This document shows positions 1-12,784 of a stretch of 59,977 bases of DNA, one piece after another. The notes beneath the pieces were generated by a model that saw nothing but the letters and a program-made list of their open reading frames with translations, had not been told where the DNA came from and did no database searches. A program made the position numbers and the translations under genes. Where the stretch lies: the NCBI GenBank assembly GCA_049999805.1, contig JBNGIO010006285.1:388444-448420 (forward strand), read 5' to 3'. Source of the stretch: Folioceros fuciformis (taxonomy: Eukaryota). The stretch's first letter is position 1, and each line of letters opens with the position of its first letter.

Positions 1-737
1 GGGGCAGGCCAGCCCAGCCCAGCTGCTGCCCGCTGCCCGCTCGCATGTTCCTTACCCTACCCGCTGCCCTACCCTCCTCGGCACGTCCACCGGGTACACC
101 ACGACTCTGGACCACGTACTCTCTGTCTGCGAGCCCGCGTGCCTGCGTGCCTGCGTGCCTGTCTGCCTGCTCGCCCGCCCTTCTCCCCCTTTCTCTTGGG
201 GTGTGGCTTGTTTCATGAATGACACGCCGCACACGCTTCCAACGGCTCTCCTTCTATCCCTTGTCCACACCTCCAACGCCTCTTGCCCTAGGCCTGGGAC
301 GTGTGTATGTGTTCCTGCCTTGCCCAGTCCGAGTCCCAGCCTTCCGCCCACAACCCCGTGCCAACAAGAAGAAGGCGTGTTGGTGACTTGAAAAGGGATG
401 CTTGCAGTTGCAGCTTAGCTTGGTTTGCGTGTAAAAGGGGATTTGGCCTGCCGCCTGATGTCACCCACCACCACCCTGGTCAACATGTACACCCCTCTCC
501 TTGTCTTGCCCTCGCCTCCTCCCCCTTCCCTCTTGGCCTGCCACCACCATTAAAATAATTGCACTTGTGCTCATATAATAATCACAACAAATACCTCCAA
601 CCATGCTCCTTTCTTTGAAACTGCACACCACCTACCTACCTATACCCAATATCTATCCTATCCATGTTTTGTGATGTGAACCTCTACTCTACTAGGTACA
701 CCCACTAAGCAAGAGCCCTCTACCCTACTGCCACTTA

Positions 738-870
738 CTAAGCCTAAGCCAAGCAAGGACTCCTACTCCCACCCACTAAGCCTAAGCCAAGCAAGAACTC
801 CTACTCCCACCCATTAAGCCTAACCCAAGCAAGAACTATTAGCACCAAGGCAAGAACTATTAGCACCAAA
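738..870. repeat. Short imperfect tandem repeats (about 38-bp unit, 2.5 copies, plus a 20-bp duplication)
   Basis: actaagcctaagccaagcaaggactcctactcccaccc recurs; gcaagaactattagcaccaa occurs twice. Confidence 0.75.
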
Positions 871-1151
871 ATGGAGGCAAGAATCTTAACACTACATTTT
901 GGTAAGTGCCCATGGAAACTTACTTACATGCAATGTCCGTACCACTACCAATCCAAGGCATTCATTGTTACTACACCAACCAACCATGAAGAGAATGAAT
1001 ACATCCATCGCACCAACACCAGCACCCACCAAAAAGAATAACTATTCCAAGTACTCTACACAACAAGGTAACGTAACTTGCAAAGCACCTCACCAACGTC
1101 CCCATGAAGAGGGTACTTGTTCTACTTAAACACTCCCACACTTCGAACATA

Positions 1152-1309
1152 AACTCGCCAACCTCCATGACCCCACCAAAGTGATTACTCCAAGTGCATA
1201 GTGTAAGTTTGTAGAACATCTCAACGGTTTAACTCGCCAACCTCCATGACCCCACCAAAGTGATTACTCCAAGTGCGTAGTGTAAGTTTGTAGAACATCT
1301 CAATGGTTT
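1152..1309. repeat. 79-bp tandem duplication in a degenerate repeat region
   Basis: aactcgccaacctccatgaccccaccaaagtgattactccaagtgc...ggttt starts at 1152 and again at 1231. Confidence 0.9.
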
Positions 1310-2147
1310 GTCGTACTCTAACTTTGTAACATTGCAACATTACAGAAGAGAGGACAAGGACAAGGCAAGACAAGACAAAGTAAGACGGACAAAGAGAGCA
1401 TCTCAAAGGTTTCCTATACTCTAACTTGAACTTTGTAACATAGCAAAAGAGAAGACAAGACATACTTCCTAATGATGCAAAAGAGAAGATAAGACAACTT
1501 TGTTACAATGCAAAAGAGAAGACAAGACATACTTTCTACCAATGCAAAAGAGAAGATAAGACAAGGCAAGATAGACTTCTACCGTTGCAGAAGACAAGAC
1601 AAGATGAGACAAGATAAACTTGTATTGGAATGAACACAATCAATGCTTCCAACGGCGAGATAAGACAAGACAAACTTCTATTCGAACGAACACAATCAAT
1701 GCTTCCAACAGCTTACATGACAAAGTCATTATGGAGTCCTTTGTCATTAAACCACGCTCCCAGTTCTCCTCTACCAATATAATCTCAATCCTTATTCTTC
1801 TCAACCACTTGCACTTCAGTGAAGAAGTTGTAGAATGCAACCACTTTCTCCAACAAGCTTAATCACCTCTACTTCAATAACAAGTTGTTAACCTCTCATA
1901 TAGTGCACATTTGCAGCCACTTGACTTGACATGAACTCTCTACCAGCATTCCATAATATGATCACGCATGTGAAGATATTATTTATATTTTAAATTATAT
2001 TATCTAAACAAACCTCAGGCCTTAAAAGTAATTTAAGGAATACAGAGAGGAGAGGAGATGATGTTGAGAGCGCATGCATGCAGGTAGGAGGGCGTGTAAT
2101 TAGAGAGATCCGGTGGAGGCGGAAGGGCCAATAATTGATGGTTGAGG

Positions 2148-2226
2148 CGGGTCCGGGGCCGGGGCCTGGGCCTGGGCCTGGGTCTGGGCCTGGGCCGGGC
2201 CTGGTTCTGGGCCTGGGCCTGGGCCG
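2148..2226. repeat. (GGGCCT)n hexamer microsatellite
   Basis: Imperfect gggcct/gggccg run. Confidence 0.9.
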
Positions 2227-2349
2227 GTTCCGGTTGGCCCGTCAGACCACAGCCCGTCACATGGCGTCACGCTGCATTACCGGCCCGTCACGGGCGCACC
2301 CACTGCCCCTGCCCGGACCTGCTACCCTTGGCCCACCCGTTTTCCCTCT

Positions 2350-2432
2350 CCCGTGGCCCGTGGCCCGTGGCCCGTGTCCCGTGTCCCGTGTCCCGTGTCC
2401 CGTGTCCCGTATCCCGTATCCCGTATCCCGTG
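2350..2432. repeat. (CCCGTGG/CCCGTGT/CCCGTAT)n heptamer microsatellite
   Basis: Unit drifts cccgtgg > cccgtgt > cccgtat along the array. Confidence 0.9.
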
Positions 2433-3599
2433 CACCGTCTCTCCGTTTCCCGTCCTGCCCTCCCCGTCCGGCCCCATGTCCCATGTCCCACAACACACTA
2501 CCCTCCTTGTTCCATGTGATTACCATGTGTTACAATGCACAACGAATGGTTGTCAAGATTATGCTGCATGTTGTTAGAACATGATGAATATGGTTGGATG
2601 TGGTTTATAGGTCTTTGCAAATGAATAGATTATGGTTTTGGGAGACACCCACCCACATGTAGATCCATGTCAGAACCCACCCAATTCTGCATGTCTCCAT
2701 TTCATTGAGATGTTTTATGTGACTAATGGCATATAATGTTCTTTTTTGCTCTAGATTCGGCACATGTAAAACAGGGAGCCTGCTGAGCCAGAAAGCCATG
2801 TCGGAAGGGAAGGGAAGGGAAGGGTACGAGCAACAAGTACAGGACATGTATCAAGGCATGTATGTACGGAACCGAGTTCAATACAGTAGGAAAATGGTGT
2901 AGAAATGTGGGCGGGAGTTGGGCGGGCTGACTAGTTCCATGGAACATTGGAGATATGTTTGTACCCAAGGAGGAGAATGAGTGTGTACTTGAAGAAGTGT
3001 GAGTTAATCAAAGCAATGTGGTGGGAACTAAACAATCAGCTTATGATATGCAGCAACAAAGGCAGAAGGCATCTAAAGATGCATAATATGGGGCCTCGGA
3101 GGTACATACATGCGTAAATATAGATGCATTGGCATGCGGGTGACCCGGTGATGCAGATCAGATGACTCCCGTAGCTTATGTCTCTGTTGCGTATGTAGTA
3201 CTGTACATGGCTGCAGGAAAGCAAATGCTCCAGTACGGGGCTCGTGTACGGGGTCCATTTTAGGGCAAAGTGGACCCGTGCGCGCACAGGCCGGCAGCCG
3301 TTTAAACCTGTCCCCAGGCTTTCCATCAGTTATGGCACAAGCCTTGAATCCAGGTAAGTACGCTTTCTGGGACTGCGGTAAAAGCACGCTCCCAAGTACA
3401 GGGAATGCGCTGCTCTGCTCTCGCTACAGGGTAGTACAGTACTTGCTCCGGTCACCTACTCGCAGCTAGGTACAGTTAGGTGACCAGCTACGGTTAGGGT
3501 TTCGCGGCTGCAGGGGTTCGCTGTCGCCGGCGGCAGTCTCGAGTTGGGAGCCTCGGGTGTGGATGCTGCTGTGGCCTCCGCTGTAGGTAGGGCTCAGGG

Positions 3600-5244
3600 A
3601 TGGCCCAGGACGCCGCGTTTGTGAGGTTGGATGAGCGGTCCGCGAATCAGCTGCGGCCTGTAGTCTGTACCAGGGGATTTCTCAACCGGGCCGATGGCTC
3701 CGCGCGCTGGTCCAATGGTACGTTGTTGTAATTGGTGTCTGCTGTGGTGTGCCGTCTGTTTTGGTCGGATGTGGTCTGGTCTTCTTGTCCTTCCTCCTTC
3801 TTTGGTTTCTGGATGTGCTCTCACGTTTTGGAATGCAGACAATACAATTGTGGTTGCTGCCGTCTACGGGCCAAAATCGGTCGCTGGCAGAAAGGAGAAT
3901 CCGGAAAGAGCAACCCTTGAAGTGATTTGGAAGCCGAAAGATGGACTTGCTGGTGAGTTTGTACGATTTTTTATTTTATTTTTCATGTGTGTGCAATCAC
4001 GCTCTCTCTATCCGGTTTTTGTCCGATTTGTGAGTCTCTGAGGAAGACTTGGAGCTGCAGGAAATCCTGAGAAGGAGGTGGAGCACGTTGTAAGGCGGAC
4101 GTTTGAAAGCCTGCTTCTGTCGGCATTGTTTCCAAACACTGGGATCTCACTCATCCTGCAGGTGACAATCACTGGTTTTGTGCAAGGCTATCTGCGACTA
4201 GACTGTTGGTTCATCTGCCCCGTCTTGGAAGCACAGACTCTGGTTCTGACCTAGGAACTTGTCACTGGCATCATTTCAGGTGGTCAGCGACGATGGATCT
4301 GTATCCTGTGCTCAAAGTTTAGTTGTCTTGAAGGTAGGGCATCCAGTCGAATCTCGGTTGAGTTTAGGTGTCTAGTGCAGAGCGTTGAAACACCTTGACA
4401 GGAACCTGCCAGCTTCTTTCCTGTGCGATGAACGCATCGTGTGCAGCCTTTGTAGATGCAGGCATTCCTCTGAGGGGTTTGACTGGTAAGGGTGACTAGT
4501 GGCTCCTCCATTCCTTTTTCTTTGTCGTGCACGTGGTACATCAAATTTGTGACTGGGTTGGACTCAAGTTCGTTGAGTTTTTCACATGCAGATGCTGCCT
4601 TCTCACCTCTGCTACTCTCTCTATCCCTCAGCTGCTGTGACAGTTGCGGTGATTGCAAATGGGGAGACATTGCTTGATCCAACAAAGTTGGAGGAGCAGG
4701 TCACATCGTGTTTGTCCCTATCTATCTAGCTGCTGCTCGGACCACAATCTGCGACTGACAAAGATATGTGATTCTCTTGACAGAAATCTCGTGCCCAAGT
4801 TTCTTTCGTGTTCCCAAGTCGCCCTGCGCTTTCGGTTCAGGGGCCCGACGATCCTGGCGAAGAGCCCCCCGAGCATGGAATTCTGACGTCAGTCACTCGA
4901 GGCGCCATGTCCGGTAACGTTTTCCCTCGTTTTCTTCACAGTGTTTTACTATCGCAGCGGGATGCCGCGGCACAGTCCATGCACATCACTAAATTACACG
5001 AGTCGCAAGTGCTACGAGCTGATGCAGAATTTTATCGTGCAGTTGATGACTATCTCACTTGCTTGGAGAGAGGTCGAGCATCAAGTGCAAAGATATCTGA
5101 GTTCTGTCGTACCAGCCTCGAGCAGTGCCAGGTATTCTGATTTCAAGTTGTGGAGGTCCCTCCTTGACGTGCCCTGCCCTGTAACGTTACACGTTCTTTT
5201 TCACTGTTCAGCTGGTGGAAAGGATGTTGCGAACTCACTTATGA
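3600..5244 (+). CDS. RRP46: Exosome complex RNase PH-like subunit RRP46 (about 9 exons)
   Basis: Spliced peptide: RLDERSANQLRPVVCTRGFLNRADGSARWSN / TIVVAAVYGPK...LEVIWKPKDG / FPNTGISLILQ / VVSDDGS / LLSCAMNASCAAFVDAGIPL / LLDPTKLEEQ / HGILTSVTRGAMS / VDDYLTCLERG. Last exon 5212-5244 is tentative (alternative stop at 5140). Confidence 0.9.
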
Positions 5245-6235
5245 CCTATTTCCTGGATGCAGCGAACCCTAGAAATCGGAACAGCCTGAGAGCCCTTGCG
5301 TGTAACAGGTGCGGGAGCTAGTATCTACCCGGGCCTGTGGCATCGTTAGCCCCTGTACCTGGGCACGTCTGTCAATTCGTCTAGGCGGTGAGTCATAAGA
5401 TAATATTTTTGCCCCTTTTCCGGATCGATGCAACGGATGTACGAATTCAAAAAAATGGCCATTGGTCAGTAAGAGAAGTTCTTTCCCATGAGGTATGTTT
5501 GTCTCGGCAACTGGCTCGGATGTCAAGTGCAAGCTTCATGACATTTGAACTTTCGGTAACATCGGACACGGCGGTCCTTTCTCGTGCTCGCAGACCAACG
5601 TCGTGTACTACAGTAATGCATGATCGGAGGGGAAACACGTAACCTGCTCCATTGGAACTCATGGAACCCTAATCACAAAATTGGACTTCAAGCGTTGTAA
5701 AGTCCACAGCCATTCATAAATAAAAACAAATAGAAGAGGCGTTCCCAAGACATTGCGTGGGAAAGTCTGACAAGGACGAGGCCTGAGGCCCGGAAACTGA
5801 CATTATGGGGCGTAGGGCTTCTACTTACCACAGCAGCACGTGTACCTGATTCACACGGTGAAACAACAGAATTTGCAGCCTGGAAGTCGGGGCACAATTT
5901 AGTGAAGTCGTCAGGAGATTTCTATTAACATCGAGTACACTACCCTGTCTCGTCATCGCTTTTGCTAAGCTCCCCATCCGTGCCGCTTCTATGCTCTCTT
6001 GAACCCTGGGAAGACGGAGTCAAATCAGTTCAGGGATTCACAATTCGGAAGGTCTGTCAATGAGCTTTGAGTTAACGTGAAACTCATGAAAGTAAACTAT
6101 ACATTGCCGGCAGCACGTCCCACATGGGGGAAATGCTCACCAGGGCCAGTTCCAAGTGTCGTCCTGGACCGTCTGGTGCAGTGCATTGCAGGCCCCGTTG
6201 TGTTCGAACGGTGCAAAAATAAAGGGGTTGTATGA

Positions 6236-7408
6236 TCAGTATGGAGTAAACTTGCGAGCAGCCCTCAGTTTCGCCAGCTTTTTCCTGTCGTTCTCAAATT
6301 TCTGTTGCAAATTCAGCAGCTCTGCAAATGCGCAGGAACGGTCAGCCCCCAAAGATTGGATGCAGGTGCTACAGGCAACATCCAAAGAGTAAATCTTACC
6401 GTTTCGTCGCTGCTCGTGTCGTTGAAATTGATAGAAGTCAAGAGCTGTATCCGCTGCCTTCTTCTGTTTCTTGGCGGCTCTTTCAAGTACGGCAGCAGTT
6501 GACACAGCACCGACTTTTACACCGCCGTCTGAGTTGCCACGCTTCTTATTCCCCCCTTTACCCACAACCAGAGTCCAACCATCTGCAGCAGCAGCTGCTT
6601 CCCTCTCCGCTCTAGCCTGCAAGTCACCATCACTCAGACAGTAAAAGACCAGCAGCTATGCATCTCTACATCAGCACGTTGACATGGTGCATCGACGCCA
6701 GCACATAGAGATGGTGCATCTACAGCAACACATTGAAATGGTGCATCTACACCAGCAAATTGAAATGGTGCATTCACACCAGCACGTTGAAATGGTGCAT
6801 CTACAGCAGCACATTGAAATGGTGCATCTACACCAGCACGTTGAAATGGTGCATGTACACCAGCACATTGAAATAGTGCACTGAGGGAGAGCAGAGGAAC
6901 CGACCTGCTCTTCACGGGCATCATACTCCAGTATGAATTCATCAATTTCCTGCTGCAAGGATTCTGGATCACGCCTCTCAAAATAATACTCAGCCAGCCA
7001 CTCTGCGAGGACGACAAAAATTCGTCATTCCAACCCTAAACCATGCCAAACCCGACGTCGTCTGCACAAAGCCTCACTCTTCATGCCCGTAGGAGCCCCA
7101 TCCTTGACTGCATCACCACCAACCCTAATGTCTGACTGCCGCACGGCAGCGTCAGGGGACGCCGCGGCCAAGTCGGCATCCTCTTCTTCATGTTCTCTCG
7201 CCTTGCTCTTCGAAGCCTTCCTCATCGTGGACTCCTTCTGCAATCCAGCTCCAGATTTCTCCGTCATAACTTTCCTCTTCTTCACCACAGTGCGACCATG
7301 GCCATCCTTCTTCTTTCCCTTTGGGGCAGACACACTAAGGGAGCTCTTGCTCACATCCTTCTTCACCTTGCCAAAACCGCTGCGAGACTTGGCTGCTCGG
7401 ATCACCAT
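6236..7408 (-). CDS. RRP7: Ribosomal RNA-processing protein 7-like (4 exons)
   Basis: KWLAEYY...LQQEIDEFILEYDAREEQ, DGWTLVVGKGG, LDFYQFQRHEQRRN-ELLNLQQKFENDRKKLAKLRAARKFTPY; the C-terminus is the Rrp7 signature. Confidence 0.88.
6657..6882. repeat. 27-bp minisatellite (about 8 copies) filling intron 2 of RRP7
   Basis: Unit ATGGTGCATCTACACCAGCACATTGAA. Confidence 0.92.
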
Positions 7409-8166
7409 CGCGCACGGCTGCCAGGAAACCTGCTTGCCCAGCTAATTTAACCACACATTCATTCCAGGTTCGTTTTCGTTTCCGCCGCTGCGATCACGCC
7501 ACCTCTACCTCAAAACTCATCCCCTACTCTTGTCGCAGAGTTAACTATGTGCCATGACTGGCACGTAACGAAGTTGTAGGCATTTAGAATTTACTGTATT
7601 TTAAAACTTTGTGGAAAATAGTATATTTGGTGATTCACTAAGTGAGACTTAAAAACATTTCTTGTTTTTTCTCTGTACAATCTCCTTTCTTCCCTTCGAA
7701 AAGGGCCTTTTTTCGGTGCAAGATTAAGTAATAAAAACTTTAAAGTAAACCCATCACCAAGTTATTTCTAGAGCCCTAACTTCAAAGTTGGCCAGCCGAC
7801 TTAGATAATAATAGCTTTCCATCCCTGTTCTTTAACATTGAACATGGTGCTTGTGACCAAGTCACCTTTAGAGGGGTATTGACTTACAAGATATGGAGGC
7901 CTCCGTCCAGCTGCCTTTACCACCAATTGGGCCCTCTCTGCTCTGGTTATGGATTCTTGATTTTTAATCTAAGGTCCCATGTAATGGGCATATTAAATTG
8001 TGGGGCTCAGAGCCACAATGCAATTGGATTGCATATTACAAGACCCCGAAGCCACAATGCAGCCACTCCAAGTCCAAACCATGTTGAGTTTTGATTTCAA
8101 TCGTTTTCCTCTTCCCCCAAACCTTGTCATGCTATCAATTTGACATCCATAGTTCGATGATGAGTG

Positions 8167-8340
8167 TGTTGCAACCCCTTTACTTTAGTGTAGGCTACAT
8201 AATCAGTTACTCTTCCTCTAACCGTCATGAACAAAGCATGTATTCTGAACAATGGACAATAATTGTAACTCTTTTGCTTTTCTTTGCGTGCTCTCGTTCT
8301 CTCCGTGTGTCGCTCATGCCCACCATCACAATCCACATTA
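8167..8340 (+). repeat. 5' LTR (174 bp)
   Basis: TGTTGCAACCCC...ATCCACATTA; by eye 6 substitutions and 1 indel relative to the 3' LTR. Confidence 0.93.
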
Positions 8341-9029
8341 TGGTATCAGAGCCCTGAATCTGTTTCCCCGCAAATGATAATCGGCACCTTAGTGATACTG
8401 TGCCGATGTCATTAGGGAGACAATGCCGAGACGCCATGTTGAGATGCAGTCTGCGGGCAGAGGAGCAAACAAACGAATTCCTGTTCCCAAGATTCACCGT
8501 AAAATTCATTTGCCAGGACTACCATGAACCAGAAGCTCAAATTTGCTCACTACCGTCCTCGCACCCTCGCCCAACGGAGCGCATTGAAAGCATTTCTTGC
8601 GTTCCGTGCAGACCTCTCAACAATCCTCGGCGTTCAGTTTCGGCAAGATCACCCTCACACTACAACAGCGAACTCAAAGAGTTGCACACCAAGGTGAATT
8701 GCCTCCAGGATCTGTTTGACGGCCTCAGTGAGATGATCCAACAGCTTCATCAGACTTGTGTCATCCACAAAGCGCTCGAGTTAGGATGGATGAGAAAGGC
8801 GTCATCTTCACCTTCAACCTCGTACTGTTGCATCTAAGACAGAGTTTGCAGGGATGCAAGTTGTGCCTGATGATGATGATGATGATGATTTAGACCTCAA
8901 TACTGCTGGAATAGTCACTCCTACCCGTGAGTTTCCACAAGGAGAATCGGATGGAGTCAACATTGGTGTAGAAGGCCTTCAGGAACCATCTTCTCCTGAA
9001 GAGCAGCAGGATCAAGGGCCCCATCAACC

Positions 9030-10196
9030 ATGATTACCAAATTTTCCTGGTTACTCAGGCATTTTTGGTAGTGTAGGAGGTGACCCTTTTTCTACTAAAG
9101 CTTCTGGATTTCTGTATGGTGCACTTCCAGCAGGAACTCTTGGTACAACATCATCAGGGTTGTTTGGCAGTCCACGTTTTGGACAACAGAGTGGTGCAGC
9201 CTCTTCATCTTCAAACCAACAGCAAGCAGGAGTTGACCAGGAATTGGCAACCCTATTCCGAACCCAACAGTAATTTCTCTTGTTATGGCTTTGGCATCTG
9301 CACCTGTTCCTGTCCCTAAAGATTGATTTCGAGGACCATGATCGTTTCAACGGCACAGACTATACTGTATGGTCTATGAGGATCATTCAAATTCTGGAGG
9401 AGAATGAGTTGATGGGAGTTGTCGATGGTTCTGAGCAATCACCAGTCCCAACTCTCACGAATGGTGACGATGTCCTAGCTCGGAAGCGAAGGGACAGGCG
9501 TGCATGTTGTATAATCATTGCTTCTTCGGATAGGACTATGATGCCTCACACTATAAATGTTGTGACCTCTGCAGATGTGTGGAGAACCTTTATGACTATC
9601 TACAAGGACAAGAGCTCTGCCTCTTGGGTTCATTCTTTCCGCGGCATGTTTCATCTGCGGATGAAAGATGAAGAGTTTGTGGAGTCCTATATAAACAAGT
9701 TCAGGACTACACGAGTATATAAACAAGTTCAGGACTCCACGAGCCAATCTTGCATATTGTGGGACTGTCTTGACAAAAGCTCAAGCAATTACTGCCTTCC
9801 TGGCATCATTGCTGGATAGTTATGCTTATTTTATTAGTGCTCAACATGCTAAGATTGATGCAGCCCAGCAACTAGCTAGAGGACGTGCTCTCAATATATC
9901 ACTAGAAGACATGTTTGGGGCATTGCTTGGTGAAGAGCGCACAAGAGGCTTGAAGAAATCTAAGGGGTAGAATCCTAGTTCTAGTAAAGTACTCTTTGCT
10001 AGAAGGGGCAGAGGATCATAACGTGGTAGAGGTGGTCGTGGTAGAAGCTCGCCAACCACAGCTACACAGCCTAATCTCCAGCGTAAGACCTTCACTTGCA
10101 ATTGGTGCAAGATTCCTAGTCATTATGAGAGAGATTGCAAGAAGAAAAAGGTTAGCGAGCCCAAGAAGGAACCTCAATAGTCAGAGTCACATTTGA
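9030..10196 (+). pseudogene. Copia gag remnant (UBN2-type region and CCHC zinc knuckle), frameshifted
   Basis: DRFNGTDYTVWSMRIIQILEENELMGVVDGSE; CNWCKIPSHYERDC near 10097-10138; stops and frameshifts. Confidence 0.85.
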
Positions 10197-10349
10197 TGTC
10201 TACAAGGGCATCTTCGACTTCCAAACCACCTACAATTTTGGCCACCTGTCTCTCCTCAATCAAGATGGTTTGGTCCCTATGTTGCTAGTCTGTCTCGCCA
10301 TGTTCCTAAACCTCATCAACCCTTCTTTCCACCTTCTTCATCTTTAGGT

Positions 10350-11941
10350 GAGCCTGCAACTTATCTTGAAGCTGTCACAGGACCAGAGGCCGAACACTGG
10401 AAGGCAGCTATTGAATCCGAGTACAACTCTCTTATTGAAAATCAAACCTGGTCCTTAGTTGACTTACCCCAGGGCAGGAAACCTCTAGCTTGTAAGTGGG
10501 TTTTTAAGAAGAAGCTGAATGCTGATGGTACTGTCGGAAGATACAAGACCCGATTAGTGGCTAAAGGTTATAGCCAAGTAGAAGGACTTGACTACAACGA
10601 AACATTTGCTCCCGTAGTTAAGGGTACCTCTATCAGGATTTTGCTTGCTCTTGCTGCCCAGTATGTCTTACTAGTCCACCAGCTTGACGTTAAAACAACC
10701 TTCTTGCATAGTTCCTTAGAGGAAGAAATATACATGGCTCAGCCTAAGGGTTACGTGATGGATCCTAAAAAGGTGTGCAAGTTGTTGATGACGTTGTATG
10801 GTCTTAAACAATCTTCCCGAGCATGGAATGAAACCTTCCATGCACTTCTTATAGAACTTGGATTTACATGTTCAGCAGCTGATACAAGCGTTTATATTTT
10901 ATGGGATCAGGATGACTTCATCATCATTTCTAATTATGTTGATGATAATTTCCTATTCTGTACATCTGCTGCTTTGCTGGAGAGGATTAAGAAGGTGCTT
11001 CTTGCTCGTTTTGAGATGACAAATCTGGGACAACTTTCTTTTTCCCTTGGTGTACAATTCCAGTTTGAAGACTCTGGCCATACTATTTACATACACCAGG
11101 AACATTTCGTGGAGCAATTGCTGAGGAAGTTTAATATGGAGAAGTGCAGACCAGTCTCAACTCTTATGTCGTCTGGAGATAAACTTTCCAAGGAACAATG
11201 CCCAATTACCGATGAAGAGAAACAGCAAATGTTTAAGGTGCCTTACAAGCAGGCTGTGAGCAGCTTTATTTATTTAGCAGCCTGGACTCGACTTGATATC
11301 TCGCGTTCTATAAGTTGTGTATCTCAGTTTCTGGAGAATCCTGGTGAGGCGCATTGGACTGCTGTCAAGCAAATATTTCGATATTTGAAGGGGACCCCAA
11401 GATATGGACTTTGTTATAGGAAATAGTCTAAGGGTTTGCAGCTAGTTTCTTTCTGTGATGCCGATTGGGCTGGTGATCCCAATAGCAGAAGGAGCATAGC
11501 TGCGTACTGTAATCTCCTTGGTGGTTCAGCGATTTCTTGGAGAAGAAAAAAGTTAACCACAATCTGCCTTTCTTCAACAGAGGCTGAATACGGCGCTTTA
11601 TTACAAACAGCCAGGGAGGTCATTTGGGTCAAGACACTTTTGAGAGGATTGCAGCAACTTGCCCCAGGACCAACACAACTCTGGTGCGATAACCAGTCGG
11701 CCATTGCCTTGTCAAAGAATCCGGTATTTCATGCCCGTAGCAAACACATTGAGATTATGCACCACTTCACCAGACAGGCTGTTGATAATGGCGAAGTTGT
11801 GGTAAGTTACATTCCTACAGGTGACAACAGTGCTGATCTCTATTCACGAAAGCGTTAGGTAAGCCTTTACACAACAAACACTCTGCTGCTGCTGGTTTAC
11901 AACAAGTCCAAGCGTCAACAATTAAGGGTAAGGCCCATTAG
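10350..11941 (+). pseudogene. Copia reverse transcriptase and RNase H remnant; protease and integrase absent
   Basis: EPATYLEAV, KWVFKKK, AKGYSQVEGLDYNETFAPV, QLDVKTTFL, LYGLKQSSRAW, YVDD, CDADWAGD, SSTEAEY, CDNQSAI, SKHIEI; stop at 11424-11426 and a frameshift near 11840. Confidence 0.92.
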
Positions 11942-12470
11942 GCATAACCTACAGTTCTGCTATATTCTTCAAGGTAACCCAGGTCTCTCATTTTCTTCTT
12001 GAGCTGCTAGAGTAGATTTTCAATTTTCCTTATTTCCTCCAGTGTAGCTGCAAACCATGCACAAGTTGGTTAGACCTTGATACAGCAGTTCTGTGACATG
12101 GACAAAAGACATGCGGGGGCATGAGAGCATGAAGCTACACTCACATTTAATCGTCATGTCAGCCTCAGTCTTCATGTTGTCAACACTAGGTAAGGTAGCT
12201 ATCTCTGCACTTGCAGAGGGAGTGTCTTCCTCCATCTTGGTAACTTTTAGTAGTATGCTTGCTCTCCTCTTCTCAGCAGCGTCCAAGCTTTTCTTAGACA
12301 TGATGTACTGGTAGTAATAGTCATGCTCCCCATCTTCCCTTGGAAAGGCTTTTTTCATCAAATCCTTATACTCCTGCTTGGATATTCTCACCTGTCGTTC
12401 TGCCTCAGTCTCTACAAAAGAACACAATCAGGCAAGTACTCATAGGAAATCATGTGTAGCAGCCACTACC
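11938..12470 (-). pseudogene. Putative spliced antisense gene inside the Copia element
   Basis: Exon 12411-12145 (ETEAERQVRISKQEYKDLMKKAF...), GT-AG intron 12144-12048, exon STLEEIRKIENLL*QLKKKMRDLGYLEEYSRTVGYA* with an internal TAG at 12009-12007. Confidence 0.5.
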
Positions 12471-12784
12471 TGGGCGTGAAGGAGGTAGCAGGGAGCCAAC
12501 ACCTACCACAATGCAAACATTCTAGGCCCTTTGTGTCAGCATCCATGACCAGACAGTGATTGAGGAACCATAGCCAAATTTGTGAACAGAAATAAGCATT
12601 GAGGAGCCTCAGCTTATAGTGGGAAGTTGGAGTTGGAGCGTAAGCCTGTACAATGGCTTCGAGCGTAAAGAGGAATAGAGTGCGGTGAGCTCGTGGATGT
12701 CCTTTGGAATCATGTTTTCAGTTGCATTCATGTTTTCATAAATACCATCAGATACCCGTTTCTAATTATTTGCCTAAGAGGAAG

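Noticed and set aside
2033-2584. Overlapping ORFs with GP/RP/RDTGHG repeats
   Set aside because: Artefacts of GC-rich 6- and 7-mer microsatellites.
5269-5900. Small ORFs or an ncRNA between RRP46 and RRP7
   Set aside because: No recognisable protein motif, snoRNA boxes or consistent splice pattern.
6634-7017. Cys-rich or His-rich repeat peptides (TISMCCCRC, MVHLQQHIE)
   Set aside because: Translations of the intronic 27-bp minisatellite; the RRP7 exons splice around it.
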